Assembly (NCBI GenBank): GCA_038063455.1
Contig: JBBTVB010000006.1
Coordinates: 39,234 to 103,233 of the forward strand
Direction: 5' to 3'
DNA: 64,000 nt
From: Patescibacteria group bacterium
GTDB lineage: Bacteria > Patescibacteriota > Patescibacteriia > PEXW01
Positions 52,764 to 62,049 of the stretch are shown piece after piece (the stretch's first letter is position 1; every line of letters starts with the position of its first letter). The position numbers were made by a program, and so were the translations under genes. The notes beneath the pieces are model-generated. The model made no database searches. It was not told where the DNA came from and saw only the letters and a program-made list of their open reading frames with translations.

Positions 52764-52839
52764 TGGAGCCGATGGCCGGAATTGAACCGGCGACCTACTC
52801 CTTACCATGGAGTTGCTCTACCAGCTGAGCTACATCGGC
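52764..52839 (-). tRNA. tRNA-Thr (anticodon GGU)
   Basis: Acceptor GCCGATG/CATCGGC, anticodon loop ATGGTAA, T-arm GCCGG-TTCAATT-CCGGC. CCA is encoded. Confidence 0.75.
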
Positions 52840-52886
52840 ATAATGTTTGGAAAACGTTTGTCAGGTTCAAGGTGCAAGGCCTCGCT

Positions 52887-52950
52887 GAGTCCCGACCCCG
52901 TAGGGGTCGTGGATCCTCGCCCCGACGCTGCTGCGTCGTGGGCGGGACTA
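52887..52950. repeat. Second copy of the GAGTCCCGAC-hairpin-GGATCCTCGCCCCGACG...GGGCGGGACTA element, followed by a duplicated 13 nt of the tRNA-Thr(GGU) 5' end (CTACATCGGCATA)
   Basis: Compare 52491-52557. ctacatcggcata also occurs at the 5' end of the tRNA-Thr(GGU) gene (52829-52845). Confidence 0.6.
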
Positions 52951-52980
52951 CATCGGCATATAGATTGGGAACCTACGACT

Positions 52981-53871
52981 CTACAATTCTTTCACGGCTT
53001 GTGCAAGTTCCTCAAGTTTTTGATTCTCTGGGTTAGCGGCTTGTAGTTTTTCGAGTGCTGCTTTTGCGAGATTTTTTCGTTTGCTAGTTAGTGCAAACTG
53101 GAGCAACGCATCGAGATACTTTGGGTTTGCCGGTTCCAGTTTAACGGCTTCTTGGTACGCAGTCTCGGCTTTGTCGATGTTGCCCAGGTTTTCTTCGGTG
53201 ACACCCAGTTCATAGTGCGTACCTGCAGTGAGGGCGTTGAGGCTCACAGACTTTAAATAGTCGGCTTCCGCTTCGGCAAACTTCCCTTCCTGGGTGTCAA
53301 TATTACCCAACCGCGCGTAGGCAACATCGCTATCTTGCTGCAACTTGAGTACGAACTTCAGAGCTTCGCGAGCATTGACGTAATCTTTGCGGGCAGTTGC
53401 AGCATCGGCCAATCCCAGGTACGCGTCAATATTCTTAGGGTCTAAGCTGACGACATCCACAAAGTGCTGCTCGGCCCGGGGCCAATCCCCTGCCGCAACC
53501 GCAGTTTGCGCTTCGGTGAGGGCGGCGGCAACTTTTGCGCGCAGCGCATCCGGGTCGTCAATGGCTTGCTGCACCACAATCTTCCGACGATACTCGCGTT
53601 CTAACTGCGTCAATTTTGTAAAAATGTTTTGTCCGGTGGTGCGCACGCCGCGGAAAAAACTAGCAAACCCCTTGGCAATAACCGCTTCCACATTCCCGAG
53701 CTTCTGCTGCAGGCGCTTATCTAAAATTTGCTGTTTGCGAAGTTGATGCTGGTGCTTCGGTATAGCTTCAATGCGGATGCTAGCCAACTGCGGCAGCTTA
53801 CGCCACACAACCACCGCGCAGGCAGCCACGCTAGCGGCAAACACTCCTAGTAAAATCCAATCAACAAGCAT
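52981..53871 (-). CDS. Membrane-anchored TPR-repeat protein
   Basis: It has an N-terminal TM and multiple TPR units (AYLGLADAATARKDYVNAREALKFVLKL..., AYARLGNIDTQEGKFAEAEADYLKSV..., THYELGVTEENLGNIDKAETAYQEAVKLEP). Confidence 0.6.
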   Translation of the reverse strand: MLVDWILLGVFAASVAACAVVVWRKLPQLASIRIEAIPKHQHQLRKQQILDKRLQQKLGNVEAVIAKGFASFFRGVRTTGQNIFTKLTQLEREYRRKIVVQQAIDDPDALRAKVAAALTEAQTAVAAGDWPRAEQHFVDVVSLDPKNIDAYLGLADAATARKDYVNAREALKFVLKLQQDSDVAYARLGNIDTQEGKFAEAEADYLKSVSLNALTAGTHYELGVTEENLGNIDKAETAYQEAVKLEPANPKYLDALLQFALTSKRKNLAKAALEKLQAANPENQKLEELAQAVKEL

Positions 53872-53872
53872 A

Positions 53873-54457
53873 CTAGACCGTCACCCGCACAAATTCTTTC
53901 ACCTGAATATTTTCACCCATACGCTGGACTGCTTCATGCACCACCGAGGCTACGGTCTTGGAATCATCCTTGAAAAACTTTTGCTCCAGCAGGCAGTTGT
54001 CCTCCGCAAATTTCTTAACCTTGCCTTGCACAATACTCTCTACAATATTTGCAGGCTTGCCGGCAGCCTGGGTGCGGGCAATCTCCTCTTCTTGGGCCCG
54101 AACCTCGGCAGGAATGTCTTCGGCCGCTAAATACGTTGGGTTGGCCGCAGCCACGTGCATGGCCAGGTCGTGGGCCAAGGTTTGGAAATCCTCGGTCCGA
54201 GCGACAAAGTCGGTTTCACACGCCACCGATACCAGTGTTACCAATTTCTTGTTGGAATGTTCGTACACCCCCACCACCCCTTCGTGCGTGGCGCGGCTAG
54301 CCTTTTTGTCGGCAACTTTCTTACCGCCCTTGCGCAGTGCCGTGATGGCCGCTTCAATATCGCCGCCACTTTCTTCGAGCGCGCGTTTGGCATCCATCAT
54401 GCCAACGCCGGTACGCTCACGCAGCGTTTGAATATCGCTCACGGGAATATTCGCCAT
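53873..54457 (-). CDS. tsf: Elongation factor Ts (short form)
   Basis: UBA-like N-terminus (IQTLRERTGVGMMDAKRALEESGGDIEAAITALRK). It lies directly downstream of rpsB. Confidence 0.85.
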   Translation of the reverse strand: MANIPVSDIQTLRERTGVGMMDAKRALEESGGDIEAAITALRKGGKKVADKKASRATHEGVVGVYEHSNKKLVTLVSVACETDFVARTEDFQTLAHDLAMHVAAANPTYLAAEDIPAEVRAQEEEIARTQAAGKPANIVESIVQGKVKKFAEDNCLLEQKFFKDDSKTVASVVHEAVQRMGENIQVKEFVRVTV

Positions 54458-54461
54458 ATGT

Positions 54462-55223
54462 TTATGCTGCGGGGGTTACGGGGGCTGCGGGTGGGGTTTG
54501 GGTAGCTGCCGGGGCAGTCGCGGCTTTATGCTTGATACCTGCACTGATTGCTTCGGCCAGGAAACCAGCAATAAAGTCGACAGACTTCGTGGCATCGTCA
54601 TTGGCAGGAATTGGGTACTGCACTAAATCCGGATTGGTGTTGGAGTCGCAGAGCGCGATAATCGGCACTTTCATAGTCCGTGCTTCACGAATAGCCGTAC
54701 GCTCCTTAGCGGCGTCAATAACGAACAAGGCCTGCGGAATCTTGTCGACCATTTCTATACCGCCAATTTCGGTTTGCAGTTTTACAATCTCTTTCTGAAT
54801 GCCCACCTGCTCTTTCTTGGTGTAGCGGTCCAGCAAACCAGCGGCTTGCTCGCTCTTCAGGCGGCGCAATTTTTTAATGAGTTCATGAATGGTGGTGAAG
54901 TTCGTCAACGTGCCACCCACCCAGCGTTCGGTCACAAACGGCATGCTGCAGGCTTCGGCGTGCTTGCGCACAATCGCTTTCACCTGGCGCTTGGTGCCCA
55001 CAAACAAAATCGTGCCGCCGGCTTGGGCCGTGGCTTCTGCAAACTGCACTGCAATGGCGAGCTTGTCCCGCGTCGCCTCCAGGTTCAAAATGTGCACCCC
55101 GTTGCGGGACGTAAAAATGTAGGGCTTCATCTTTGGATTCCACCGAGATTCCTGGTGGCCAAAGTGCACGCCCTTTTGGAGCATTTCGAGCAAAGAAACT
55201 TCACGCATATATGGTCCTTTCAT
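54462..55223 (-). CDS. rpsB: 30S ribosomal protein S2
   Basis: LLEMLQKGVHFGHQESRWNPKMKPYIF...ILFVGTKRQ is the S2 signature. Confidence 0.9.
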   Translation of the reverse strand: MKGPYMREVSLLEMLQKGVHFGHQESRWNPKMKPYIFTSRNGVHILNLEATRDKLAIAVQFAEATAQAGGTILFVGTKRQVKAIVRKHAEACSMPFVTERWVGGTLTNFTTIHELIKKLRRLKSEQAAGLLDRYTKKEQVGIQKEIVKLQTEIGGIEMVDKIPQALFVIDAAKERTAIREARTMKVPIIALCDSNTNPDLVQYPIPANDDATKSVDFIAGFLAEAISAGIKHKAATAPAATQTPPAAPVTPAA

Positions 55224-55533
55224 TAATTGCCGCTACGTCGGTTACGGCGCGCAGGGTGCTGCAGGGCAGGACCAGGATGCGCGTCGTTTTCCTGCAGTGC
55301 AGGAATGGGACGTATGTGAGATAGAGAACCCGATGACTGTACCATAGGGAGAGTAATTGGGCAAGGGTATGGAAGCAGGTGAGGTTATAGGGTTTATGGT
55401 ATGGAGGCTAGTTTGGTCAAAGGGTTTGGAAACCAGTAAGCAGACTTCCTCAGACCCTCCTTCCACACCCAAACCAGCCTCCATACCCACATCCTATTGA
55501 CTTATTTTCATTCCATGGTATAGTTTCCGAACT

Positions 55534-55791
55534 ATGAAAGTCTCAATCCACCCCGCCTACCACCACGACGCTACCGTTACCTGCGGTTGCGGCAACCACT
55601 TCGTTACCGGCTCGACCATGCAGGACATCCGCACGGAAGTCTGTTCCAATTGCCATCCGCTCTACACTGGCAAGCAGAAAGTCATGGATAGCCAGGGCCG
55701 CGTCGACCGCTTCAAACGCCTTAAAGAAAAGTCTTCGGCCAAAGTAACAGCGAAGCTGACTACCAAGAAAGCGAATAAAGTTAAGAAGTAA
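55534..55791 (+). CDS. rpmE: 50S ribosomal protein L31
   Basis: [49 protein letters not shown] is the L31 Zn-ribbon type. The promoter TTGACT-N16-TATAGT lies at about 55496-55525. Confidence 0.85.
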   Translation: MKVSIHPAYHHDATVTCGCGNHFVTGSTMQDIRTEVCSNCHPLYTGKQKVMDSQGRVDRFKRLKEKSSAKVTAKLTTKKANKVKK

Positions 55792-55832
55792 ACGCTTTTC
55801 GAACTCCCCTGGCCACCCAGGGGATTTTTCGT

Positions 55833-56891
55833 ATGGACATCCACACCCTGAAGGCCAAACTCGAACAGCTCGAACACCAACTGCAAACTGCGGCCGGTGC
55901 GGGTGATGCTGCGGAATTGCAAAAACTCTCACGCGAGCACAAACACCTTACCGAGCACGTCACGCTGCTGCAGCAAAAAATGGACCTAGAGAAGCAGCTT
56001 GTCGAAGCCAAAGCCGCCCAGCAGGATGAAGACCCCGACATGCTGCGCCTGGGGCAGGAAGAAGAAACGCGCGTGCGAGCAGAATTAACCGACGTCGAAG
56101 CCCGACTTATGGATATTGAGAAACCGCGCGACCCCATGGACTTTCGGAACGCGCTGGTTGAAATTCGGGCAGGCGCAGGGGGCGACGAATCTGGCCTCTT
56201 CGCCGCCGAACTGGCCCGTATGTACACCCGCTACGCCGAACGCCGCGGGTGGACCGCCGTGATTGTGGAGGCCAGCCGCACGGGCATTGGCGGCTACAAA
56301 GAAGTGATATTTGAAATCCATGGTGACGGTGCGTACGGCAGCTTACGTAGCGAGTCCGGTGTCCACCGTGTGCAGCGCGTGCCAGAGACGGAAAAAAGCG
56401 GGCGCGTGCACACCTCCACGGCCACGGTCGCGGTCATTCCCATTGTGGAAGAAACCGACATTGTTATTAAACCGGAAGACATTAAAATCGAAGCTACTAC
56501 CTCATCTGGCCATGGCGGCCAGTCGGTGAACACCACGTACTCTGCTATCCGCATGACCCACTTGCCAACCGGCGTGATGGTGAAAATGCAAGACGAGCGT
56601 TCGCAAAAGCAGAACAAAGCAAAAGCTATGGATATTCTCCGCGCCCGGGTATATGCCCTGGAGCAGGAAAAAAAGATGCAAAGCGCCTCCGTGCTACGGA
56701 AGAGCCAAATTGGCACCGGCGACCGCAGTGAAAAAATTCGGACGTATAACTTCCCCCAAGACCGCATGACCGAACACCGGCTCAAAGAGAACTACCACAA
56801 TCTATCCGCGATTATGGATGGCGACATTGAGCCGCTTATCCAAGCGCTGGCCAAAGCCCGCCGTGATGCCGCTGCGCAAGCAACAGTCTAA
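55833..56891 (+). CDS. prfA: Peptide chain release factor 1
   Basis: It has the GGQ motif (SSGHGGQSVNTTYSAIRMTHLPTGV), a PCRF domain and an RF1-type tripeptide region. Confidence 0.9.
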   Translation: MDIHTLKAKLEQLEHQLQTAAGAGDAAELQKLSREHKHLTEHVTLLQQKMDLEKQLVEAKAAQQDEDPDMLRLGQEEETRVRAELTDVEARLMDIEKPRDPMDFRNALVEIRAGAGGDESGLFAAELARMYTRYAERRGWTAVIVEASRTGIGGYKEVIFEIHGDGAYGSLRSESGVHRVQRVPETEKSGRVHTSTATVAVIPIVEETDIVIKPEDIKIEATTSSGHGGQSVNTTYSAIRMTHLPTGVMVKMQDERSQKQNKAKAMDILRARVYALEQEKKMQSASVLRKSQIGTGDRSEKIRTYNFPQDRMTEHRLKENYHNLSAIMDGDIEPLIQALAKARRDAAAQATV

Positions 56892-57702
56892 TCTTGCTGA
56901 ACTACTCCTAAAGGCAAGACTCGACCCGCGCGAGAGCCGAGACCTTTTGGCTTTTGTGCTCCAAAAATCAACGGCCTACTTGGTGGCCCACCCCGAAACG
57001 CAACTCTCCCCTACTCAACAAAAAACTTTTCGGGCACTCGCCGCCAAACGTCGCCGCGGCGTGCCCTTTGCGTACCTGACTGGCCGCCAAGGTTTTTACG
57101 GTTTAGATTTTTTCGTTTCCAACGCCGTCCTTATCCCCCGCCCCGAGACTGAACAATTGATTGATTGGACACTGGCAAACATTGACCGAAAAAATCCTAC
57201 AACGATTGTTGACGTTGGTACCGGCTCCGGGTGCATTGCCGTAACGCTCGCAAAATACCTGCCGGCTGCAAATATCATTGCCTCAGACGTAAGCGACAAA
57301 GCGCTAACCGTGACCAAGAAAAATGCCAGGCTACACAAAGTATCAAACCGCATTACCTTCCGCCGCGGCTCCCTGCTATCAGTTCTCAAACCCAGCGAAC
57401 AGCCGGACATTGTGGTTGCTAATCTCCCCTACCTTACCAAACCCCAACTTAAAAATGTCCCGCACGAACCCAAGCTGGCCCTGCATGGCGGCACGCGGGG
57501 GCTGGAACTTATTGAAAAACTTATTCAACAACTTGCTGAACGAGGAATTTCTCGGGCTATTCTCGAAATCGATCCGCAGCAAGAACGGTGGCTTACGGCA
57601 ACCGCTTACCGCCTGAAAAATTACCAGTACGAAATCCTTAAGGATCTAAGCGGGCGGGCACGATTTCTTACGCTCAACCAGCGCGTAGCCAGGATTCCCT
57701 AA
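56866..57702 (+). CDS. prmC: Release factor glutamine methyltransferase PrmC (HemK)
   Basis: VDVGTGSGCIAVTLA is the SAM motif I and VVANLPY a variant of the NPPY substrate motif. The start is chosen at MPLRKQQ, a 26-nt overlap with prfA. Confidence 0.75.
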   Translation: MPLRKQQSNLAELLLKARLDPRESRDLLAFVLQKSTAYLVAHPETQLSPTQQKTFRALAAKRRRGVPFAYLTGRQGFYGLDFFVSNAVLIPRPETEQLIDWTLANIDRKNPTTIVDVGTGSGCIAVTLAKYLPAANIIASDVSDKALTVTKKNARLHKVSNRITFRRGSLLSVLKPSEQPDIVVANLPYLTKPQLKNVPHEPKLALHGGTRGLELIEKLIQQLAERGISRAILEIDPQQERWLTATAYRLKNYQYEILKDLSGRARFLTLNQRVARIP

Positions 57703-57835
57703 TCCTGGCCTGGCGGGAATAGGGATTCCCGCCTACGCAGAAGGATTGTAGTGACTAACCATTGACAGTCCTACGACGATCCATTCACAAAAATTCCTAG
57801 CGACTTAAGTCGCGTAGAACAAACAGGGCAAACTT

Positions 57836-57870
57836 TGACAAAGAAAGAAGTCCCCTGTTAAAATTTGCAC
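57836..57870 (+). promoter_or_regulatory. Near-consensus sigma70 promoter TTGACA-N17-TAAAAT upstream of small membrane-protein gene
   Basis: Sequence is ttgacaaagaaagaagtcccctgttaaaat. It is followed by the RBS GGAGG and a GTG start at 57913. Confidence 0.5.
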
Positions 57871-57912
57871 AAAGAAAATGGGACCTAACAAAAATAGAGA
57901 AGGAGGCCTAAA

Positions 57913-58173
57913 GTGGACATTGAAATCATTGGACTCATAGTTCTATCATTAGTAATTGCTGCTCGGGTGTTGTGGGTTCGGCGCCCATTCAAAAGGAATG
58001 AACGAGTAACGTTCCGTAGTGATAAGGATTTTGATACCTACGGTATAAAACCTACGGACTTCATGTTCATTACGCGCATCATCATGGGGAATGGACCCAT
58101 GGCAAAAATTGAAGGTATTAAAGAGTACGTACCTGTAAAAAAATTGAAACGATGGCCGAGTTGGAAAGTATAA
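57913..58173 (+). CDS. Small membrane protein, unknown function
   Basis: 86 aa with an N-terminal TM (IIGLIVLSLVIAARVLWV) and a strong RBS. Confidence 0.4.
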   Translation: MDIEIIGLIVLSLVIAARVLWVRRPFKRNERVTFRSDKDFDTYGIKPTDFMFITRIIMGNGPMAKIEGIKEYVPVKKLKRWPSWKV

Positions 58174-58180
58174 AGTAAAG

Positions 58181-58210
58181 ACGTGCCCATCGGCACGTCT
58201 TTTTATTATC
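58181..58210 (+). terminator. Rho-independent terminator AGACGTGCC-CATC-GGCACGTCT + TTTTATT
   Basis: A perfect 9-bp stem, directly after the 57913-58173 gene. Confidence 0.65.
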
Positions 58211-58240
58211 TACGCCTTCCGCTCTGTAAGTATCAAAATT

Positions 58241-58501
58241 TCAAAATATGGGTGGCATTAGAAGTGCTACGAGCACAAAGCCTAGTGCGTACAAAAATAG
58301 AGTGAGCCAGGTAGCTCCAAACGACTTCCATAACCCGACATGTTTTCTCATTATCCAAACTGTAAGTATTACCGGTGATAAAATTGCTACAGTTAAAGTA
58401 ACTATTGCACTACTTTCTTGGAAACTGTACACAAGTAGCGCACTAACTACCCCGGAGATAAATCCTACATATGTGAAGATTCTAATAAGTCTCATAATCA
58501 T
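58241..58501 (-). CDS. Small integral membrane protein
   Basis: 86 aa with 3 TM helices, in an AT-rich context. Confidence 0.35.
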   Translation of the reverse strand: MIMRLIRIFTYVGFISGVVSALLVYSFQESSAIVTLTVAILSPVILTVWIMRKHVGLWKSFGATWLTLFLYALGFVLVALLMPPIF

Positions 58502-59015
58502 AGTAATGATGCTCGCAAATTGTATCTGGTTCTATAATAAATGCTGCTTGATCTAAATCTGATCTAAAAACAGGTCGTTTTAGGGATCTTCGGCATTTTT
58601 GATAATCATATTTGTATGATATCCACCTATGACACGAGCCTAAAATATAGCCGTCTGTAGAAACAAGAGGTTCTTTTAGAACAACAACTGGTCTAAGTCT
58701 ACTAAAAATTAATTTTCCTGTTGGATCACATATTTTAGTAGTACATTCACTGTTTTGCTTGCACGCTACACCTGCATCAGGAGCCAATTTGCTACATGCC
58801 GCAATCGAGGGTGAGAAAGACTTACCTTGAAGAGGGCAGAAAACTTTCTTGAGTATCCCTACCCGAATTGAACTAGTCGGGTTAGCTATACTAAAGGTCA
58901 GATAAAATACTGCAATCACCGGTATAGCAGACAAAAAAACTACTAGTGCTATTCTAAAAAACTTACTTTGCACTTTTGGCTGCGGATTACTTGGTTGTGA
59001 TTTGGGTGTCTCCAT
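58482..59015 (-). CDS. Membrane-anchored Cys-rich secreted protein
   Basis: 177 aa with an N-terminal TM (FFRIALVVFLSAIPVIAVFYLTF) and about 10 Cys in the ectodomain. Confidence 0.35.
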   Translation of the reverse strand: METPKSQPSNPQPKVQSKFFRIALVVFLSAIPVIAVFYLTFSIANPTSSIRVGILKKVFCPLQGKSFSPSIAACSKLAPDAGVACKQNSECTTKICDPTGKLIFSRLRPVVVLKEPLVSTDGYILGSCHRWISYKYDYQKCRRSLKRPVFRSDLDQAAFIIEPDTICEHHYYDYETY

Positions 59016-59027
59016 AGATCAATTTTA

Positions 59028-61490
59028 TCACGCCTTCCGCTCCGCCACCATGGGTGGTGGCGCGGCCACGCCGAGCTGGGAGCGGTCTAAGATTTCTTGT
59101 TCAACTTCGGCCCGAACTTTACCGTATTGCTGGCGCGATTGCTGCACCAGCTGCTCGGCTAGGCCGGGCGTGGGCGAGGCTAACGGCAGGGTCTGCATGG
59201 TAAATGGCTTGGATGCCGTATTGTCGATGAGAAGTTTAACAATGGCCTCGTACTTCTCGATATTCGTCACATCGTACTGGCTAAAGGTTGGTGCAAAGGC
59301 CTGGGCAAAAATTTCGGCATCTTCCACGCCCACGCGGAAGGCGGCAATAGTACCCACGTTGCCAAACACGGCATCACGAATCTTTGTGTCTTGCTTCTCG
59401 ACCAGCTGGCCCACGTACTGGTGCGCAATGGTCAGGTTGAGTCGGTACTTTCGCGCTTCGGATAAAATCGTTGCCACGGAATCGGTGACGAAATTCTGGA
59501 ATTCGTCCACGTACAGGAAAAAGTCTTTGCGCTGCTCTTGAGGCAGACTCGCCCGGCGCAAGGCCGCCATTTGGAGTTTGGCAACGATAATCAAACCAAG
59601 CAGATTGGCATTCACCTCGCCCGTGCTTCCCTTGGCCAAGTTCACAAGGAGGATTTTGCCGTCATTCATTATCTGCTGGAAATTGAAGCCGCTCTTGGAC
59701 TGGCCAATGACGTTGCGCATCATGCTGTTTTCCACGAAGCGGCCAACTTTGCTAATGAGGTAGCCGAGCATTTCGGACTTGTGGAAGTCACTGGTCTTGG
59801 CCATTTCTTTTTCCCAGAACGCACGGACAATGGGGTCGGTGACTTTGGCGACCTTGGCCTTTTGGAACGCCGGGTCGGTAAACATGCGCGGGATCTCCAC
59901 AATCGTGCCCGGGTTTTCCCGGTCCGCCATGAGCGTGAGCATGACGTTGCGCATGTTGTGCTCGAACATCGGGCCGATGACTTCGGGCGGGAAAAGCTTC
60001 ATGAAAATGGCAATCATTTCCTGCACCGCAAAATCCTGCGCGTCTGGTGTTTCGGCATCCAGCATGTTGAGGCCTACGGGAAACTCAACGTCGGATGGAT
60101 TGAAGTGGATAACATCTTTCCAACGATGTTCAGGGATGCGCGCCAAAATATCTTGGATGAGATCACCGTGCGGGTCCACCACGCAGACGCCGTCGCCATT
60201 GGCAATATCCTGCAACGCCATATTGGCAATGAGCACAGACTTGCCGACGCCAGATTTCCCAATGACGTACACGTGACGACGACGGTCTTCCCGGCCGATG
60301 CGAATTTGGGTTTCCGCTCCGCGGAAATTACTGACACCCATGAGCACGCCTTCCTTGGGTGCGTTGACCGGTGGGGGCGCACTGCGAGACATGACCCAGG
60401 CGATGTTCGGTGTTTCGGTGCTTGGTAAAGGCAAGTGCCACAAGCTGGCTACCTCTTCCACGCTCAACACAGAACTGCGACCACCATCAAACGCGCGATA
60501 GATGAAGTCGTGAATGAGTCGGTCTTTTTTAAACGGGTCTTTCCGTTCAAAACCGTTACCCGTGTCAAACGCATTGTACTGGCCAAAGGCATCCTGAATA
60601 TTTTTGAGACGGATAAGCGCCGCTTGTTGCGTGGCGCTAGAAACCACAATACGGACATTCACGTCCAACCCCGCCTTGCTATTTTTCTCTTGCACGCGTT
60701 GCACCAGCACCTCCTGGGCGGGGTTCAACTGCTTGGGCATATCTGACATGGCGTCTTTCTTCTTACCGCTGCTAAAGAACATGCCAAAAATTTCTTTGGC
60801 AATATTTTTGGCCATGGAGTTGGAAACTGTGCCGCCGCTGCGCAAGCTGTGAATAGTACTGGTGGCACGGCTATGCCAGCGCGGGTTGGAAGACCGGCAG
60901 ACGTACTGGATGACCGCACCTTCTTCCGGGCTCAATTTGGACAGTGCATTGGTTAGGCCGGAAAGCGGATCCACGTCCATGCGCCGGTACGACAAGATTG
61001 GTAGCACCGTATTTTTCTTAAGTCGCAAATTCGCCGCCACCACGTGCGAGGTTGGCCGAAAGGGGTTGTACTCGGTGGTCTGGGTAATGTCGGAGGATGG
61101 GTACTGGGCGTGCAGCTGCTGCTCCATGAACTCGCGCATGGGTTCGGGCACGATAATGTAAAAACGAATTTCCCCGCGGTCCGCAACGATTTCTAACGTA
61201 AAGTGGTCGTCCCGCCCGCGGCCGAGCGTTTGGTACCAGCGTTGCGCCCGCATATTGCCCAAAAATGACAGGAATGATTCGCCAACGCTAATCTGCTCTT
61301 GCAGCTGCTGGATGCGCGACGCGCCTTGGCCGCTCTCTTCTTCCTGCTGCTCTTTGGGCAGCATCACCTGGAGGCAGACGTGCTGCACCGGGGCTGCGCT
61401 TCGACTTCGCTTCCGGAACACAAGCATAACCGCCGCGCCGATAACCAGCAGGCCGAGGGTTGCGAAAAGGATAATAGAGATGAGCGGCAT
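59028..61490 (-). CDS. Membrane-anchored FtsK/HerA-superfamily ATPase, TraG/TraD/VirD4 coupling-protein-like
   Basis: It has an N-terminal TM (MPLISIILFATLGLLVIGAAVMLV) and an N-terminal domain of about 400 aa of unknown function. Walker A is VIGKSGVGKSVLIANM and Walker B is FFLYVDEFQNF, the TraG/TraD-type DEF motif. The start is chosen so its ATG sits 1 nt after the upstream gene's stop. Confidence 0.55.
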   Translation of the reverse strand: MPLISIILFATLGLLVIGAAVMLVFRKRSRSAAPVQHVCLQVMLPKEQQEEESGQGASRIQQLQEQISVGESFLSFLGNMRAQRWYQTLGRGRDDHFTLEIVADRGEIRFYIIVPEPMREFMEQQLHAQYPSSDITQTTEYNPFRPTSHVVAANLRLKKNTVLPILSYRRMDVDPLSGLTNALSKLSPEEGAVIQYVCRSSNPRWHSRATSTIHSLRSGGTVSNSMAKNIAKEIFGMFFSSGKKKDAMSDMPKQLNPAQEVLVQRVQEKNSKAGLDVNVRIVVSSATQQAALIRLKNIQDAFGQYNAFDTGNGFERKDPFKKDRLIHDFIYRAFDGGRSSVLSVEEVASLWHLPLPSTETPNIAWVMSRSAPPPVNAPKEGVLMGVSNFRGAETQIRIGREDRRRHVYVIGKSGVGKSVLIANMALQDIANGDGVCVVDPHGDLIQDILARIPEHRWKDVIHFNPSDVEFPVGLNMLDAETPDAQDFAVQEMIAIFMKLFPPEVIGPMFEHNMRNVMLTLMADRENPGTIVEIPRMFTDPAFQKAKVAKVTDPIVRAFWEKEMAKTSDFHKSEMLGYLISKVGRFVENSMMRNVIGQSKSGFNFQQIMNDGKILLVNLAKGSTGEVNANLLGLIIVAKLQMAALRRASLPQEQRKDFFLYVDEFQNFVTDSVATILSEARKYRLNLTIAHQYVGQLVEKQDTKIRDAVFGNVGTIAAFRVGVEDAEIFAQAFAPTFSQYDVTNIEKYEAIVKLLIDNTASKPFTMQTLPLASPTPGLAEQLVQQSRQQYGKVRAEVEQEILDRSQLGVAAPPPMVAERKA

Positions 61491-61491
61491 G

Positions 61492-62001
61492 CTAGCGCGG
61501 CGGCAAAAGGCTGACGAGTTTTTGGGCTTTGATCTTTGCTTCTTGTTCCACAAAAAATTTGTTCACGCCGGGAATCGATGAGAGCCAGCGCCGGATGACA
61601 TCGACGATGGCCGAAACCTTCACTTTGACCTGGCCAAGTAGGTTGTTGACTTCTTGCGCAGCCTGCTCCCCTGCCACTTTGAATTTCTGCTGCTCGGCCG
61701 GCGGCAACGCTTTAAAAATATCTTCCAAGCCTTCGGCCAGCACCTGCTCAACCTGCTGCAACTGCTGCTCCGTGGCGTTTATCGGCAAGGGCATGGCGGG
61801 CACTGGCGGTGCCACAGCCGGTGTTTCTTTTACCTGGCTTGGCACTTCGGGATGTTGCTCAAAACGCTCACCGTGTTTTTCTAAGGCTTCGCGGACTTTT
61901 TCGGGCCGTACTTCGGGCGGTCGTTCGGGTGCCCGATCGACAAGCTCAAAAATATCGATGGGTTCTTGCTCGGGTTTGGGGGCGGCGGGTTGCGCGGTCA
62001 T
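61492..62001 (-). CDS. Hypothetical protein, Pro-rich N-terminus (possibly partner of the TraG-like ATPase)
   Basis: The start is chosen at MTAQPAAPKPEQE. Its stop codon abuts the ATG of the ATPase gene (TAGCATG on the minus strand). Confidence 0.4.
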   Translation of the reverse strand: MTAQPAAPKPEQEPIDIFELVDRAPERPPEVRPEKVREALEKHGERFEQHPEVPSQVKETPAVAPPVPAMPLPINATEQQLQQVEQVLAEGLEDIFKALPPAEQQKFKVAGEQAAQEVNNLLGQVKVKVSAIVDVIRRWLSSIPGVNKFFVEQEAKIKAQKLVSLLPPR

Positions 62002-62049
62002 GCTCGTAGTATACCACTGTATTACGATTATTTGTGCTACTATACGCCA

